NCBI GenBank assembly: GCA_036231405.1
Contig: JAZAHK010000006.1
Span: 30,628-94,627 of the forward strand
DNA from: Nitrospinota bacterium
GTDB lineage: Bacteria; UBA8248
DNA length: 64,000 bases
Reading direction: 5' to 3'
Part shown: piece after piece, positions 31,027 through 41,400 of the stretch
How the letters are laid out: each line of letters begins with the position of its first letter
Numbering within the stretch: position 1 is the first letter of the stretch
Program-made: the position numbers and the translations under genes
The notes under the pieces: generated by a model
Database searches by the model: none
What the model saw: only the letters and a program-made list of their open reading frames with translations
Told to the model about the DNA's origin: nothing

Positions 31027-32573
31027 TAGCCCCTTCTGGGTGCAATTTCGGATATTACTAGCCGTAGTTTCTTAATGTTTCTCTTCTTAACTAACAGCTT
31101 GCGTCCTTTTATCTTAAGAAGTAAAGACTTTGTAGAAGGTTCAATAATCTTAAGAATCGGCTTTGGATAAATTCCTAACAAAAAAACTAAGAAGATCATC
31201 GGCACTAAAACAAACCATTCACGGAGATTTAAATCAGATAACACCCTATTCGCTTCGAACTTAATTTTCCCAAAAATTACTTTCTGTACCATGGGCAACA
31301 TGTAAACAGCCGAAAGTACAACACCTATAGTAGCGATCAGTGTCGGGAAAAAATGAGATTGGAAAGACCCAGACAAAATCGCAAATTCTCCTACAAATCC
31401 GTTCAAACCTGGAAGGCCGATACTACTGAAAACAGCAATCACAAAAAAGACAGAGAAAGCTGGCATTACTTTTGCGATCCCACCAAAGTCATCCATAAAA
31501 CGTGTATGTCTTCTTCGATAAAGCATCCCGACTGTCAAAAAAAGCAGCCCACTACAAATACCGTGATTCACCATTTGCAAAACGCTTCCACCGAGAGCTA
31601 AAAGATTGAAAGAGAAAAGACCAAACATGACAAAACCCAAATGGCTAATAGAAGAATAAGCCACCAATTTTTTAGCATCCTTCTGGACCATGGCCATTAA
31701 TGCACCATAAATAATGCCAACCAAGGAAAGGAATATAAGAAGAGGAGAAAACTCTACAGCAGCTTCCGGAAAAAGTGGAATAGCCAATCTAATGAAACCA
31801 TAGGTCCCCATTTTTAAAAGGACCCCAGCAAGGATTACACTCCCGGCGGTAGGAGCCTCTACATGCGCGTCGGGCAACCACGTATGAAACGGGAACATAG
31901 GAACTTTAATTGCAAAGGCTATCGCAAATGCAGCGAAAAGCCATGTCTGAAGTAAAGGATCAACAGGAGAATTCAAGAAAACTAGAATATTAAAAGTCCC
32001 AAAACCTGTTGCAAAATATAGCCATAAAATTGCAATAAGCATCAAAACACTTCCGGTCATCGTATATAAGAAAAATTTCATTGCAGAATAGATTCTTTTT
32101 TTACCGCCCCAGATCCCAATAATGAAGTACATTGGAATCAACATAGCTTCCCAAAATACATAAAAAAGAAAGAAATCCAAAGAAACAAAAACACCCAACA
32201 TAGCAGTTTCCAAAAGGAGCATGGAGAAGTAGTACAAACGGATACGTTTCTTGATATCATCCCAGGAAAACAATAAAACTATTGGCGTCAAAAAAGTAGT
32301 GAGAAGGATTAACGGAAAACTAATACCATCCAAGCCAACTCTATAAGAAACACCTAGAGACTCTATCCATTTCAAATTCTCTACAAATTGCATTTTTGGG
32401 GACGACTGGAAATTCATAAAAATAACTAATGAAAAAAGAAACGAGATGAGACTAGAAATAATCGCAATCAAAACAATTCTTTTGCATTGTTTTTCGTTCT
32501 TATCTCCAAAAAACAAAATCAAAAAAGCACCAATTAAAGGAGAAAAAACCATCCAGCTAACGATAGGAAACAA
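31023..32573 (-). CDS. nuoM: Complex I subunit M (copy 1)
   Basis: FPFHTWLPDAHVEAPTAGS; start moved to TTG 32573 behind AAGGA, which removes the overlap with nuoL. Confidence 0.95.
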   Translation of the reverse strand: MFPIVSWMVFSPLIGAFLILFFGDKNEKQCKRIVLIAIISSLISFLFSLVIFMNFQSSPKMQFVENLKWIESLGVSYRVGLDGISFPLILLTTFLTPIVLLFSWDDIKKRIRLYYFSMLLLETAMLGVFVSLDFFLFYVFWEAMLIPMYFIIGIWGGKKRIYSAMKFFLYTMTGSVLMLIAILWLYFATGFGTFNILVFLNSPVDPLLQTWLFAAFAIAFAIKVPMFPFHTWLPDAHVEAPTAGSVILAGVLLKMGTYGFIRLAIPLFPEAAVEFSPLLIFLSLVGIIYGALMAMVQKDAKKLVAYSSISHLGFVMFGLFSFNLLALGGSVLQMVNHGICSGLLFLTVGMLYRRRHTRFMDDFGGIAKVMPAFSVFFVIAVFSSIGLPGLNGFVGEFAILSGSFQSHFFPTLIATIGVVLSAVYMLPMVQKVIFGKIKFEANRVLSDLNLREWFVLVPMIFLVFLLGIYPKPILKIIEPSTKSLLLKIKGRKLLVKKRNIKKLRLVISEIAPRRGY

Positions 32574-32586
32574 AAGAAAATCCTTT

Positions 32587-34512
32587 TTAAAATCTACTTG
32601 AAAAATTAAAAACCAATAAAAAAATAATACATACTGCGCCAAATAGAATTGAGACTGCATACGTTTTAACGTATCCATCCTGTAAAGAACGTAAGTTAGC
32701 TCCTAAAGACTTGACTAACCGTCCAGTACCATTTACTGACGCATCAATAATATTTTGCTCGAAAAGCTTAAAAAACAGATTCGCTATAAATCTTAGAGGA
32801 CGTACTAGAATCAAACTATAAATTTCATCTATGTAATACTTATTCTCGAGAAGAGAAAATAAACGCATACCCACTACCGAAGAATCAGAAAAAAATTGCC
32901 GTTTTTTACAACAGGTTTGATAAGCCAGAAAGATACCTAATAGAGCTATACCAAGAGATAAAAACATCAACACGAGTTCTAATGTCAAATTATGATGCGA
33001 GTCTACAGAAACTGTTGGATTCAAAACTGAAGAAAGAAATTTTCCAAAAACATCCCCACCTGAAATCATTGGAATGCTTACCCATCCCCCTACAATCGAG
33101 AAAAAAGCAAGAACAAACAAGGGAAATATCATAATCGGTGGCGATTCATGCACATGAGTTTCATTCTCCTTAAAATTTTTATCTCCATAAAAAACCTTTA
33201 ACACCAATCGGAAGGTATAGTAAGAAGTCATCAAAACACCAAATAAACCTGCAAACCAAAAAAGAATCGCAAGTGAATGTGATTTAAAAGCGGAGAAAAG
33301 AATCGCATCCTTGCTGAAAAATCCTGCCAAGGGGAAAATTCCTGAAATTGCCAGAGAACCGATTATGAATGTGAAACTGGTTTTCGGAATATAGGACCTT
33401 ATTCCTCCCATCTTTCGAATGTCTTGTTCCCCATTCATAGCATGTATGACACTGCCTGCTCCAAGAAAAAGCAGTGCCTTAAAAAAAGCATGGGTCATTA
33501 AATGAAACATTGCGGTCGCGTAAGCTCCAATTCCACAAGCTAAAAACATATACCCTAGTTGACTTAGGGTGCTGTAGGCTAAAACCTTTTTAATGTCATT
33601 TTGAACCAACGCTATAGAAGCAGCGAATAATAGCGTGAAACTTCCAACAAGTGCTATAAACATGAGGGTCGATGGTGCCAGACTAAAAAGCACATGATTT
33701 CGAACAAGAAGGTAAATTCCCGCAGTCACCATAGTAGCAGCATGTATCAAAGCACTTACCGGGGAAGGTCCTTCCATCGCATCCGGAAGCCATACGTGAA
33801 GTGGAAACTGTGCGCTTTTCCCTGCTGCACCAAAAAAAAGGAACAAACATAATAAATTTACATTAAAACTATCTTTCATGAATAACTCAGACGCACTCCT
33901 TGATATATCGGAAAAATCAAACGTTCCAAAGATAGTCAAAATCTGAAATAAAGCTATCAAAAAGCAGAAATCACCAACTCTATTGACTATGAAAGCTTTC
34001 TTGCCGGCCTCTATTGCTGATGGTTTTTCATACCAAAATCCGATAAGGAGATAACTACACAATCCCACTGCTTCCCAGCCAACAAACATTAATAAAAAGT
34101 TGTCAGCTAAAACTAGTAACAACATAGAAAAAGAAAAAAGATTTAGGTAAACAAAATAGCGAACAATACTTATATCTTCACGCATGTAGGCTATTGAATA
34201 GAGATGGATCATAAATCCAACACCGGTGACAATCAAAGTCATAATCGAAGAAACGGGATCAATCATGAACCCAACGTTAATTTTTAAACTTCCAAACGGG
34301 ATCCAGTCAAAAAGAAATATGGAAAGAATCCTATCTTGCGGACTATGCAGCAGAAAACTAAAAAATATAGAAAGAGACACAAGAAATGATAGCAGCATTG
34401 CCAGAGAAGCTATCCAGCCAGACAATTTTCCCTCCTTTTGAGAACTGAACAGAAGATTTATAAACAATCCCAAAAGGGGGAAAAAAAGTATTAAAAGGAT
34501 TAATTTGTTCAT
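32587..34512 (-). CDS. nuoL: Complex I subunit L (copy 1)
   Basis: GKSAQFPLHVWLPDAMEGPSPVSALIHAATMV. Confidence 0.95.
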   Translation of the reverse strand: MNKLILLILFFPLLGLFINLLFSSQKEGKLSGWIASLAMLLSFLVSLSIFFSFLLHSPQDRILSIFLFDWIPFGSLKINVGFMIDPVSSIMTLIVTGVGFMIHLYSIAYMREDISIVRYFVYLNLFSFSMLLLVLADNFLLMFVGWEAVGLCSYLLIGFWYEKPSAIEAGKKAFIVNRVGDFCFLIALFQILTIFGTFDFSDISRSASELFMKDSFNVNLLCLFLFFGAAGKSAQFPLHVWLPDAMEGPSPVSALIHAATMVTAGIYLLVRNHVLFSLAPSTLMFIALVGSFTLLFAASIALVQNDIKKVLAYSTLSQLGYMFLACGIGAYATAMFHLMTHAFFKALLFLGAGSVIHAMNGEQDIRKMGGIRSYIPKTSFTFIIGSLAISGIFPLAGFFSKDAILFSAFKSHSLAILFWFAGLFGVLMTSYYTFRLVLKVFYGDKNFKENETHVHESPPIMIFPLFVLAFFSIVGGWVSIPMISGGDVFGKFLSSVLNPTVSVDSHHNLTLELVLMFLSLGIALLGIFLAYQTCCKKRQFFSDSSVVGMRLFSLLENKYYIDEIYSLILVRPLRFIANLFFKLFEQNIIDASVNGTGRLVKSLGANLRSLQDGYVKTYAVSILFGAVCIIFLLVFNFSSRF

Positions 34513-34513
34513 A

Positions 34514-34816
34514 TTAAAACTTCAACAAATTGACTTCGTCAAGGTCAGTAGATTCTCGATTCCTGTATATCATTACAACAATCGCCAATCCAATTGCAGC
34601 TTCAGCCGCTGCTACAGCCATAACAAAAAAAACAATTAATTGCCCATCCATAGAATTTAAAAAATGTCCATAACTCACAAAAGCTAAATTTGCACCGTTC
34701 ATCATAAGTTCTATACAAAGAATCACGACAATCACACTTCGTCTAACAATTACGCCAATAAGTCCTAGCACGAAAAGAATTGAACTCAGGAAAAGATAAT
34801 TTTCTAAAGGGACCAT
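34514..34816 (-). CDS. nuoK: Complex I subunit K (copy 1)
   Basis: CIELMMN and AAAEAAIGLA. Confidence 0.95.
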   Translation of the reverse strand: MVPLENYLFLSSILFVLGLIGVIVRRSVIVVILCIELMMNGANLAFVSYGHFLNSMDGQLIVFFVMAVAAAEAAIGLAIVVMIYRNRESTDLDEVNLLKF

Positions 34817-34833
34817 ATGTATTTTTCCAAAAA

Positions 34834-35352
34834 TTAACGACTCTTTCTTCTTCCTAAAACAACTGCTCCAATAATTCCCACAAAAAGTAGAACTCCCATT
34901 GTTTGAAAGGGTAAAAGATATTTCGAAAGCAAAAGTTTCCCAATTAACTGTGTGTTCCCAATTTGATTAATGTATTGTGGGGTGAAAACTCCTTTGATAT
35001 GCACAGAAATATTCACATCCTTCAAAACGATTATTAAGACAAGAAATACGAATAATCCAAAAACAATACCTAGAAGCTTCTGAAAAGGGATCCTTAAAAC
35101 TTTTTTGTCCTCTTTATCTAAATTTATGAGCATAATAACAAAGAGGAAAAGCATCATTATTGCACTTGCATAAATAATAATCTGAACAATCGCAACGAAC
35201 TGAGCATTGAGGGACAAATACAGACCAGCTAAACCTAAAAACGTTACTATTAAACTAAAAACACAATACATTGGGTTGGGTAGCGCAACTACAGAAACTG
35301 CACCTACTGTAGTCACTATAGCTAAAAAATAAAAAACTAAAGTTGAAGCCAT
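34834..35352 (-). CDS. nuoJ: Complex I subunit J (copy 1)
   Basis: AQFVAIVQIIIYASAIMMLFLFVIML and YLLPF. Confidence 0.93.
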   Translation of the reverse strand: MASTLVFYFLAIVTTVGAVSVVALPNPMYCVFSLIVTFLGLAGLYLSLNAQFVAIVQIIIYASAIMMLFLFVIMLINLDKEDKKVLRIPFQKLLGIVFGLFVFLVLIIVLKDVNISVHIKGVFTPQYINQIGNTQLIGKLLLSKYLLPFQTMGVLLFVGIIGAVVLGRRKSR

Positions 35353-35364
35353 AACTTGTAAGCC

Positions 35365-35844
35365 CTAAAAATATGTAAGAAGTTTATCTTCTGAATAACG
35401 ATTTTTTAATTCGGGATAATCATCGTTACGCTCTACCAAAAAGTCATCCTTTTTATATAGAAATTTACTTCTATCATCAGCACAAAACTCGTATTCGTTA
35501 CTTAGAACAACTGCACCCACGGGACATGCCTCTTCACAATAGCCGCAAAAAATACACCTTAATTCATTTATCTCATAAACAGATGCATATCTCTCCCCTT
35601 TCGAAACAGGGGAATTCTCATCATTTTCCTCAGATTCAACATAAATACAGTCAACTGGACATGCAGCAGAACAAAGTTTACATCCAACACATCGTTCAAG
35701 ACCGTCTTCCCAACGAAGGAGTTTGTGCAACCCCCTGTACCCTTTTGGCATGCTCTCTTTTTGCTCAGGATATTGAATAGTTTCCCTGGTTTTCCAGGAA
35801 TGTTTCAAAGTCAGCCAAAGACCCTTAAAAATTGCAATGAACAT
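35365..35844 (-). CDS. nuoI: Complex I subunit I (2x[4Fe-4S])
   Basis: CVGCKLCSAACP and CIFCGYCEEACP. Confidence 0.96.
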   Translation of the reverse strand: MFIAIFKGLWLTLKHSWKTRETIQYPEQKESMPKGYRGLHKLLRWEDGLERCVGCKLCSAACPVDCIYVESEENDENSPVSKGERYASVYEINELRCIFCGYCEEACPVGAVVLSNEYEFCADDRSKFLYKKDDFLVERNDDYPELKNRYSEDKLLTYF

Positions 35845-35868
35845 TCGTATTCCTCTAACTTTAAATGT

Positions 35869-36852
35869 TTACAAATTAAAAAAAGTAATTGCACCAGCAG
35901 TTATTAATGCATTTAAAATCGAAATGGGAAGTAATACCTTCCATCCAAAATTCATCAGTTGGTCATATCTTAATCTTGGTGTTGTCGCTCTCAACCACAT
36001 AAAGAAAAACATAAATGCAATTACCTTTATTAAGAACCAAATAACCGGTGGAAGAAACGGACCTCTCCATCCTCCCAAAAAGAAAGTTGCACCAACTGCA
36101 GAAAGAGTAATCATATTGCAGTATTCCGCAAGAAAATATACTGCAAAATGCATACTACTATACTCAGTGTGAAACCCTCCTGTTAGTTCACTTTCAGCCT
36201 CAGCCAAATCAAATGGGGCACGATTCGTCTCTGCAAGCATACAAATTACAAATAGAATAAAACCAAGAGGTTGCAAAATAATAAATGGCATTTCCGATTG
36301 TGCATCAACAATCCCTTTTAAACTTAGTGTTTCCGATAACATCACTACACCAAGTAGTGACATTCCTAATGACAATTCATAGCTAATCAACTGGGCTGCG
36401 GAACGAAGTCCTCCAAGTAAAGGATATTTACTATTTGAAGACCAAGAACCCAGGACAATACCGTACACACCAAGACCACTTAGAGCAAAAATATAGAGTA
36501 TGCCAATATTTACATCAGCTAGAAATAAATCAACTTGATGGCCAAAAATTACAACCTGGTCTCCAAACGGGATAACTGCAATCGAAGATAATGCAGGGAT
36601 AAGTGTAAGAGCGGGAGCGAGAATAAAAACGATCTTGTTGGCATCAGCAGGGATCAAAGTTTCTTTGAACATTAGTTTGATGCCATCCGCAATAGGTTGA
36701 AGGAGACCTGCCGGCCCAACACGATTTGGACCTATGCGAACCTGCACAAGAGCAAAGACCCGTCGTTCCATCCAAGTCATATACGCGGCAAGAATTAGTA
36801 AGACAGTAAAAACTACAACCACTTTGATTAGAATTATACCGGCTATCGCCAT
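35869..36852 (-). CDS. nuoH: Complex I subunit H (copy 1)
   Basis: [19 protein letters not shown] and AETNRAPFDLAEAE. Confidence 0.96.
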   Translation of the reverse strand: MAIAGIILIKVVVVFTVLLILAAYMTWMERRVFALVQVRIGPNRVGPAGLLQPIADGIKLMFKETLIPADANKIVFILAPALTLIPALSSIAVIPFGDQVVIFGHQVDLFLADVNIGILYIFALSGLGVYGIVLGSWSSNSKYPLLGGLRSAAQLISYELSLGMSLLGVVMLSETLSLKGIVDAQSEMPFIILQPLGFILFVICMLAETNRAPFDLAEAESELTGGFHTEYSSMHFAVYFLAEYCNMITLSAVGATFFLGGWRGPFLPPVIWFLIKVIAFMFFFMWLRATTPRLRYDQLMNFGWKVLLPISILNALITAGAITFFNL

Positions 36853-36864
36853 ATTTTTAGGTCC

Positions 36865-39426
36865 CTATGAATTTTCCTTTTTTTCTTCTAAGAGCACAAA
36901 ATATTCTCCCATGTTTAGGAAACTATCGTTATGGATTTTTAAAAATCCTTCAGGTGCAAAAATTAACCCCGCAGGAATTGAATCATCAATTTCAACTGGC
37001 AATTTTAAAGTTTTCTCTTCAATTTTAAATTCGATCTCAGAACCATTCAAAATACCGAAATTATCACAGTCTAAACCAGACATCCGAATACATGCATCTG
37101 GCATATCCCAAAGATGAAATGCCGAAGAAACATAAATCCCAGAAAGTGGTAAATGAGGAGTTAAAATTAATTTAAAACTATCCTTTTTCTCCTGTTCTAA
37201 CGTTGAGATTTTTGAAACTACAAATTTTCCTTCTTTCTCCTGCGGCAAACAAACTCCATTTGAATTTGAACTTGTAAGTGCTAATTTATAATCGTCAAAA
37301 AATTCAGAAATCTCTGTTTGTATTTGCGCTAAGGAATTTGATCTCATCGGGATTTCCATAGCTTTTGCAATTTCAGCAAATACCTTCCAGTTTTCTTTCC
37401 CAGATAGACCATTGGAAGGTTTGATGGCTCTTTTATTCATCAAAGTTCTTCTCTCTATGTTCGTATAAGAACCACTTTCTTCATAAGAAGTTAATGCCGG
37501 AAGAACTACATCAGCAAAAGGAATAGTGGCATTCATGTGCGTGGCATGCACAACAACGAAACAAGAGGATTCCATAGCCTCACGAACTAATTTACCATTC
37601 GGATGCTCTGAAATAGGATCACAATTCATTAAATATAAAGAAGAAATATCACCAGCCAAAACAGATTCAAAAACTTGATCACTATTACGAACTTCAAAGT
37701 TTTTTTCATAATGATCTTTTCCTCTTGGAGAAACCACCATATCGAAAGCCCCTTGCAAATTGGGTGGAACACTTGCATAAAGGAAACCACACTCGAGAAT
37801 TTTTGCAAGATTCAATATCTCTATATTTAAAGAAATATCAGTGATAAAAGGTCCAATCACAAAGGTAAGTTTATCCTTATTTGATATCAATCTAGTCGCA
37901 ATATCCTCTAAGAGGGACATTTCCATATCAGTTTCTTCAAAAAAATGTTCAAAACTATCAGCTGACAAGATTTCAAGGAAATCTTCTAGTCCATCAAATC
38001 CTTTTGGATTATTTTCCTTGCTAAAATTAGACATTCCATCTGGAAAGAGTTTTCTTGAGACAATTTTTTGAATTGCCTTTATGAAAACAATCTCCATACC
38101 AATTAATGGAATAAAATGAGAAACACGATTATTTAAGCGTAAATCAATTTTTCTTGGATTAATACTATCAATATACGCACCTTTGGAATGTGCTTTTCTT
38201 ATTTGAAGAGCTAAAATTGGATGCTCTTGAAAGGGATCAGAACCGTAAAGAACGATATGATCCGAATTTGATAAATCCGATAATGTTGCGAAACCTCCAG
38301 CGCAACCAAATACCGAAATTTGCGCATCTGTCTGAGAATAATCACGCGGATGAATCCTACAATCTACTTGATCGCTTTCTAGAACAGTATGAAAGAACTT
38401 TTGGAACTGATAGGATACCTCATTACTTGAATGCGAACCGCCCAGACCTGCAAACGAAACTCCTCCACTTATTTGTTTCAAAGAAACATATTTATTTGCA
38501 ATATGTTGAATCGCTTCATCCCAATCAACTTCTTTCAGAACACCGTCAACTTTAACCATTGGCTTGGAAATTCTATTATCAGCATGAACTCCACTCCATC
38601 CATATCTTGCAACATCGCAAATCCAGGTATCGTTCACTTCCGAATTTTCAGAAGCTGTTACTCTTTTTAAAATCCCCTCTTGTGACCAGACGCGCTGTTT
38701 ACAACCAATACTACACAGAGTACAGGAAGTATCAGTATGTTCCATCTCCCATACTCTCGAAGTAAAACGGTATTTATTATCCGTAAGAGCACCTACTGGA
38801 CAAATATCAATCACGTTTCCTGAAACTATGCTGGATAGAGGAAGATCCTCATAGATTCCTACTTCGGTTTTATCTCCTCTAAATGCCCAGCCAAATTCTT
38901 CTCCACCATCAATTTCGGAAGTAAATCGTATACAGCGTGTACAATGAACACAACGATTCATTTCAGGTTTAATAAACGGACTAATTTCTTTTTTCGGAAA
39001 GATTCTTCGAAGTTCTTGGGTACGACTTATTGCATTAGCATAAGACATTGTTTGGTCTTGCAACGGACACTCTCCACCCTGATCACATACAGGACAATCT
39101 AAAGGGTGATTTTTTAAGAGAAATTCAAAAACACCTTTCTGTGCTTCATCAACCCTGGGTGTTTCAGAACTCACAACCATTCCTTCAGAAGCAAACGTTG
39201 CGCAAGATGGTTGTAGTTTGGGAATTGGTTTCCCATTTCCAGCATCTGTAATTTCTACCAAACATGCACGGCATTGGCCAACCACAGAAAGGTTCTTATG
39301 ATAACAAAAATGAGGAATATGTATTTCCGCATCTAAGGCAGCTTGGATAATAGGCTGACCATGTTTTGCCTTTAACTCTTTTCCATTAAAAAGAAAATTT
39401 ATTTCTGATTCTTGTGACAAACTCAA
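36865..39426 (-). CDS. nuoG: Complex I subunit G
   Basis: N1b CYH…CRAC, N5 HPLDCPVCDQGGEC, N4 CVHCTRC and N7-type CTLCSIGC…C motifs. Confidence 0.95.
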   Translation of the reverse strand: MSLSQESEINFLFNGKELKAKHGQPIIQAALDAEIHIPHFCYHKNLSVVGQCRACLVEITDAGNGKPIPKLQPSCATFASEGMVVSSETPRVDEAQKGVFEFLLKNHPLDCPVCDQGGECPLQDQTMSYANAISRTQELRRIFPKKEISPFIKPEMNRCVHCTRCIRFTSEIDGGEEFGWAFRGDKTEVGIYEDLPLSSIVSGNVIDICPVGALTDNKYRFTSRVWEMEHTDTSCTLCSIGCKQRVWSQEGILKRVTASENSEVNDTWICDVARYGWSGVHADNRISKPMVKVDGVLKEVDWDEAIQHIANKYVSLKQISGGVSFAGLGGSHSSNEVSYQFQKFFHTVLESDQVDCRIHPRDYSQTDAQISVFGCAGGFATLSDLSNSDHIVLYGSDPFQEHPILALQIRKAHSKGAYIDSINPRKIDLRLNNRVSHFIPLIGMEIVFIKAIQKIVSRKLFPDGMSNFSKENNPKGFDGLEDFLEILSADSFEHFFEETDMEMSLLEDIATRLISNKDKLTFVIGPFITDISLNIEILNLAKILECGFLYASVPPNLQGAFDMVVSPRGKDHYEKNFEVRNSDQVFESVLAGDISSLYLMNCDPISEHPNGKLVREAMESSCFVVVHATHMNATIPFADVVLPALTSYEESGSYTNIERRTLMNKRAIKPSNGLSGKENWKVFAEIAKAMEIPMRSNSLAQIQTEISEFFDDYKLALTSSNSNGVCLPQEKEGKFVVSKISTLEQEKKDSFKLILTPHLPLSGIYVSSAFHLWDMPDACIRMSGLDCDNFGILNGSEIEFKIEEKTLKLPVEIDDSIPAGLIFAPEGFLKIHNDSFLNMGEYFVLLEEKKENS

Positions 39427-39445
39427 TCTCCAATACTAATATTAA

Positions 39446-40747
39446 TTAAACCGAATACGGACTATTAAGAGGACAACATTTCTTATTAATATGATCCTCA
39501 AATTCATCTTGGAATTTATTTAAAATTGCTCCAAACATCATGGCACACGCATCAGATAAAACACATATAGTGTTTCCCCTCATATTTGGGTCAATTGATT
39601 TTAAAGTCGAGATATCTTCTTTAACCCCTTTTCCTCTTTCTATCCGCGATATAATTTCGGAAACCCATCCTGTTCCTTCACGACAAACTGAACATTGGCC
39701 GCAAGATTCATGTTCAAAAAAACGAGAAAGCCTAGCCGCGACTTGCACCATACAAGTGGATTCATCCATTACAACAACACCACCACTTCCACCCATACTT
39801 CCTGCAGCAGCCAAAGAATCAAAATCCATCTTTATCTTGTCTTCGTAAACCTCTTTTGAAGTTAAAACTGGAGCACTTGCACCACCTGGGATAACTGCTT
39901 TTAATTTTTTGCCATCTATGATTCCCCCAGAATGCTCTTCAATAATCTCCTCACAAGTTAATCCGAGTGGTAATTCATAGAGTCCCGGTTTATTTACATG
40001 TCCAGAAACACAATACATACGAGTTCCAGAATTTTTCTCATTTATTCCTATCTGAGAAAACCAGTCCGCACCTTTATTAATAATATGAGGAAGATTACAA
40101 AGCGTTTCGACATTATTAATTACTGTTGGTCGCCCATATAGACCTTCAACTGCCGGAAAAGGAGGCTTCAAACGCGGATGGCCTCTCTTTCCTTCTAACG
40201 ATTCTAAAAGACCCGTTTCCTCACCGCAAATGTAGGCACCTGCTCCCGAGTGAACGTAAATATTACAATTAAAACTACTACCAAAAATATTTTTCCCAAC
40301 ATATCCCTTTTCATATGCCTCTTGAAGCGCTTTTTCAACAACTAAAATAGGAGCAGAATATTCTCCACGAATATATATGTATGCTTTTTCTATTCCAACC
40401 GCATAACTAGCGATTAAAATTCCTTCTATCAATTGATGAGGATCACGCAACATCAACTCTCTGTCTTTAAAAGTCCCTGGTTCTCCTTCGTCTGCATTCA
40501 CAGCTAAATATTTCGGGCCATTCACTTTGGGCACAAAACTCCATTTCAAACCACACGGAAAACCTGCACCACCTCTACCACGAAGACCGGAGGTTTTCAC
40601 AATTTCAATTACTTCCTCACTCGTGACGCCCTTATCTACAATAGATCTAATTGCTTGGTAACCCGCGGATTTTTCGTAGGCGTCTATATGCTGATATGTA
40701 GAATCATCAAAACGCGAGGTTACTATTTTTTCTAAAGTAGAACTCAT
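39446..40747 (-). CDS. nuoF: Complex I subunit F (FMN/NADH-binding)
   Basis: GRGGAGF, NADEGEPGTFKD, GAGAYICGEET and ESCGQCSVCREG; start moved to ATG 40747. Confidence 0.96.
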   Translation of the reverse strand: MSSTLEKIVTSRFDDSTYQHIDAYEKSAGYQAIRSIVDKGVTSEEVIEIVKTSGLRGRGGAGFPCGLKWSFVPKVNGPKYLAVNADEGEPGTFKDRELMLRDPHQLIEGILIASYAVGIEKAYIYIRGEYSAPILVVEKALQEAYEKGYVGKNIFGSSFNCNIYVHSGAGAYICGEETGLLESLEGKRGHPRLKPPFPAVEGLYGRPTVINNVETLCNLPHIINKGADWFSQIGINEKNSGTRMYCVSGHVNKPGLYELPLGLTCEEIIEEHSGGIIDGKKLKAVIPGGASAPVLTSKEVYEDKIKMDFDSLAAAGSMGGSGGVVVMDESTCMVQVAARLSRFFEHESCGQCSVCREGTGWVSEIISRIERGKGVKEDISTLKSIDPNMRGNTICVLSDACAMMFGAILNKFQDEFEDHINKKCCPLNSPYSV

Positions 40748-40766
40748 TTTTTTATCCATATAAAAA

Positions 40767-41381
40767 TCATTCAGAATTATCACTCACATCATTTTCAACT
40801 GAAATAAAAGAACTATCTTTTATAATATTTAATGCTACTTCATCGGCTCCTCTTGGAATCACCGCTTCGCCTTTCTCTAAAGAAGTAATGATTGGTTCCA
40901 AAATTTCTGCAGTAATGTTTTCAAAATAATCGGTATTAATAATTAAACAGGGAGCACCCCCACAAGCACCAAGACATTCCACTCTTTCTATGGAGAATTT
41001 TTTATCCGAACGAGTTTTTCCGGTAGGACAATCCAAGCGTTTCTCTAGAAAATCAATAAGTTTTCCTGCCCCCAGTAAGGCACAGGATAAATTATCACAA
41101 ACTTGAAAATGGAATTTTCCTAAATCGTTCGTTTTCAGCATTGTATAAAAACTAACCACACTCCATATTTCCATTGCGGAAGTTTTAAAATATGAAGCAA
41201 GGTACTGCATAGCCTTACTTGAAATTTTTCCTTCTTGTTTCTGGACTAATATCAAAGCAGGAATCAAAGCAGACCGTTTGACAGGATATTTTTTAACAAC
41301 CCTCTCAAGCTCTTTTCTATTTTTGTCTGAAAACTCAAAATCTTCTTCATCAGACGAATTTGGGAAGTATGCAAAAACCAA
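40767..41381 (-). CDS. nuoE: Complex I subunit E ([2Fe-2S])
   Basis: VCDNLSC…ECLGACGGAP. Confidence 0.94.
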   Translation of the reverse strand: MVFAYFPNSSDEEDFEFSDKNRKELERVVKKYPVKRSALIPALILVQKQEGKISSKAMQYLASYFKTSAMEIWSVVSFYTMLKTNDLGKFHFQVCDNLSCALLGAGKLIDFLEKRLDCPTGKTRSDKKFSIERVECLGACGGAPCLIINTDYFENITAEILEPIITSLEKGEAVIPRGADEVALNIIKDSSFISVENDVSDNSE

Positions 41382-41400
41382 AGTTTATAACTCCTGAAAT

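Noticed and set aside
32574-32678. Long nuoL/nuoM overlap (and similar overlaps at 14083-14120, 40748-40783 and 55678-55734)
   Set aside because: These come from longest-ORF start choice; SD-supported downstream starts remove them or shrink them to a few bases.
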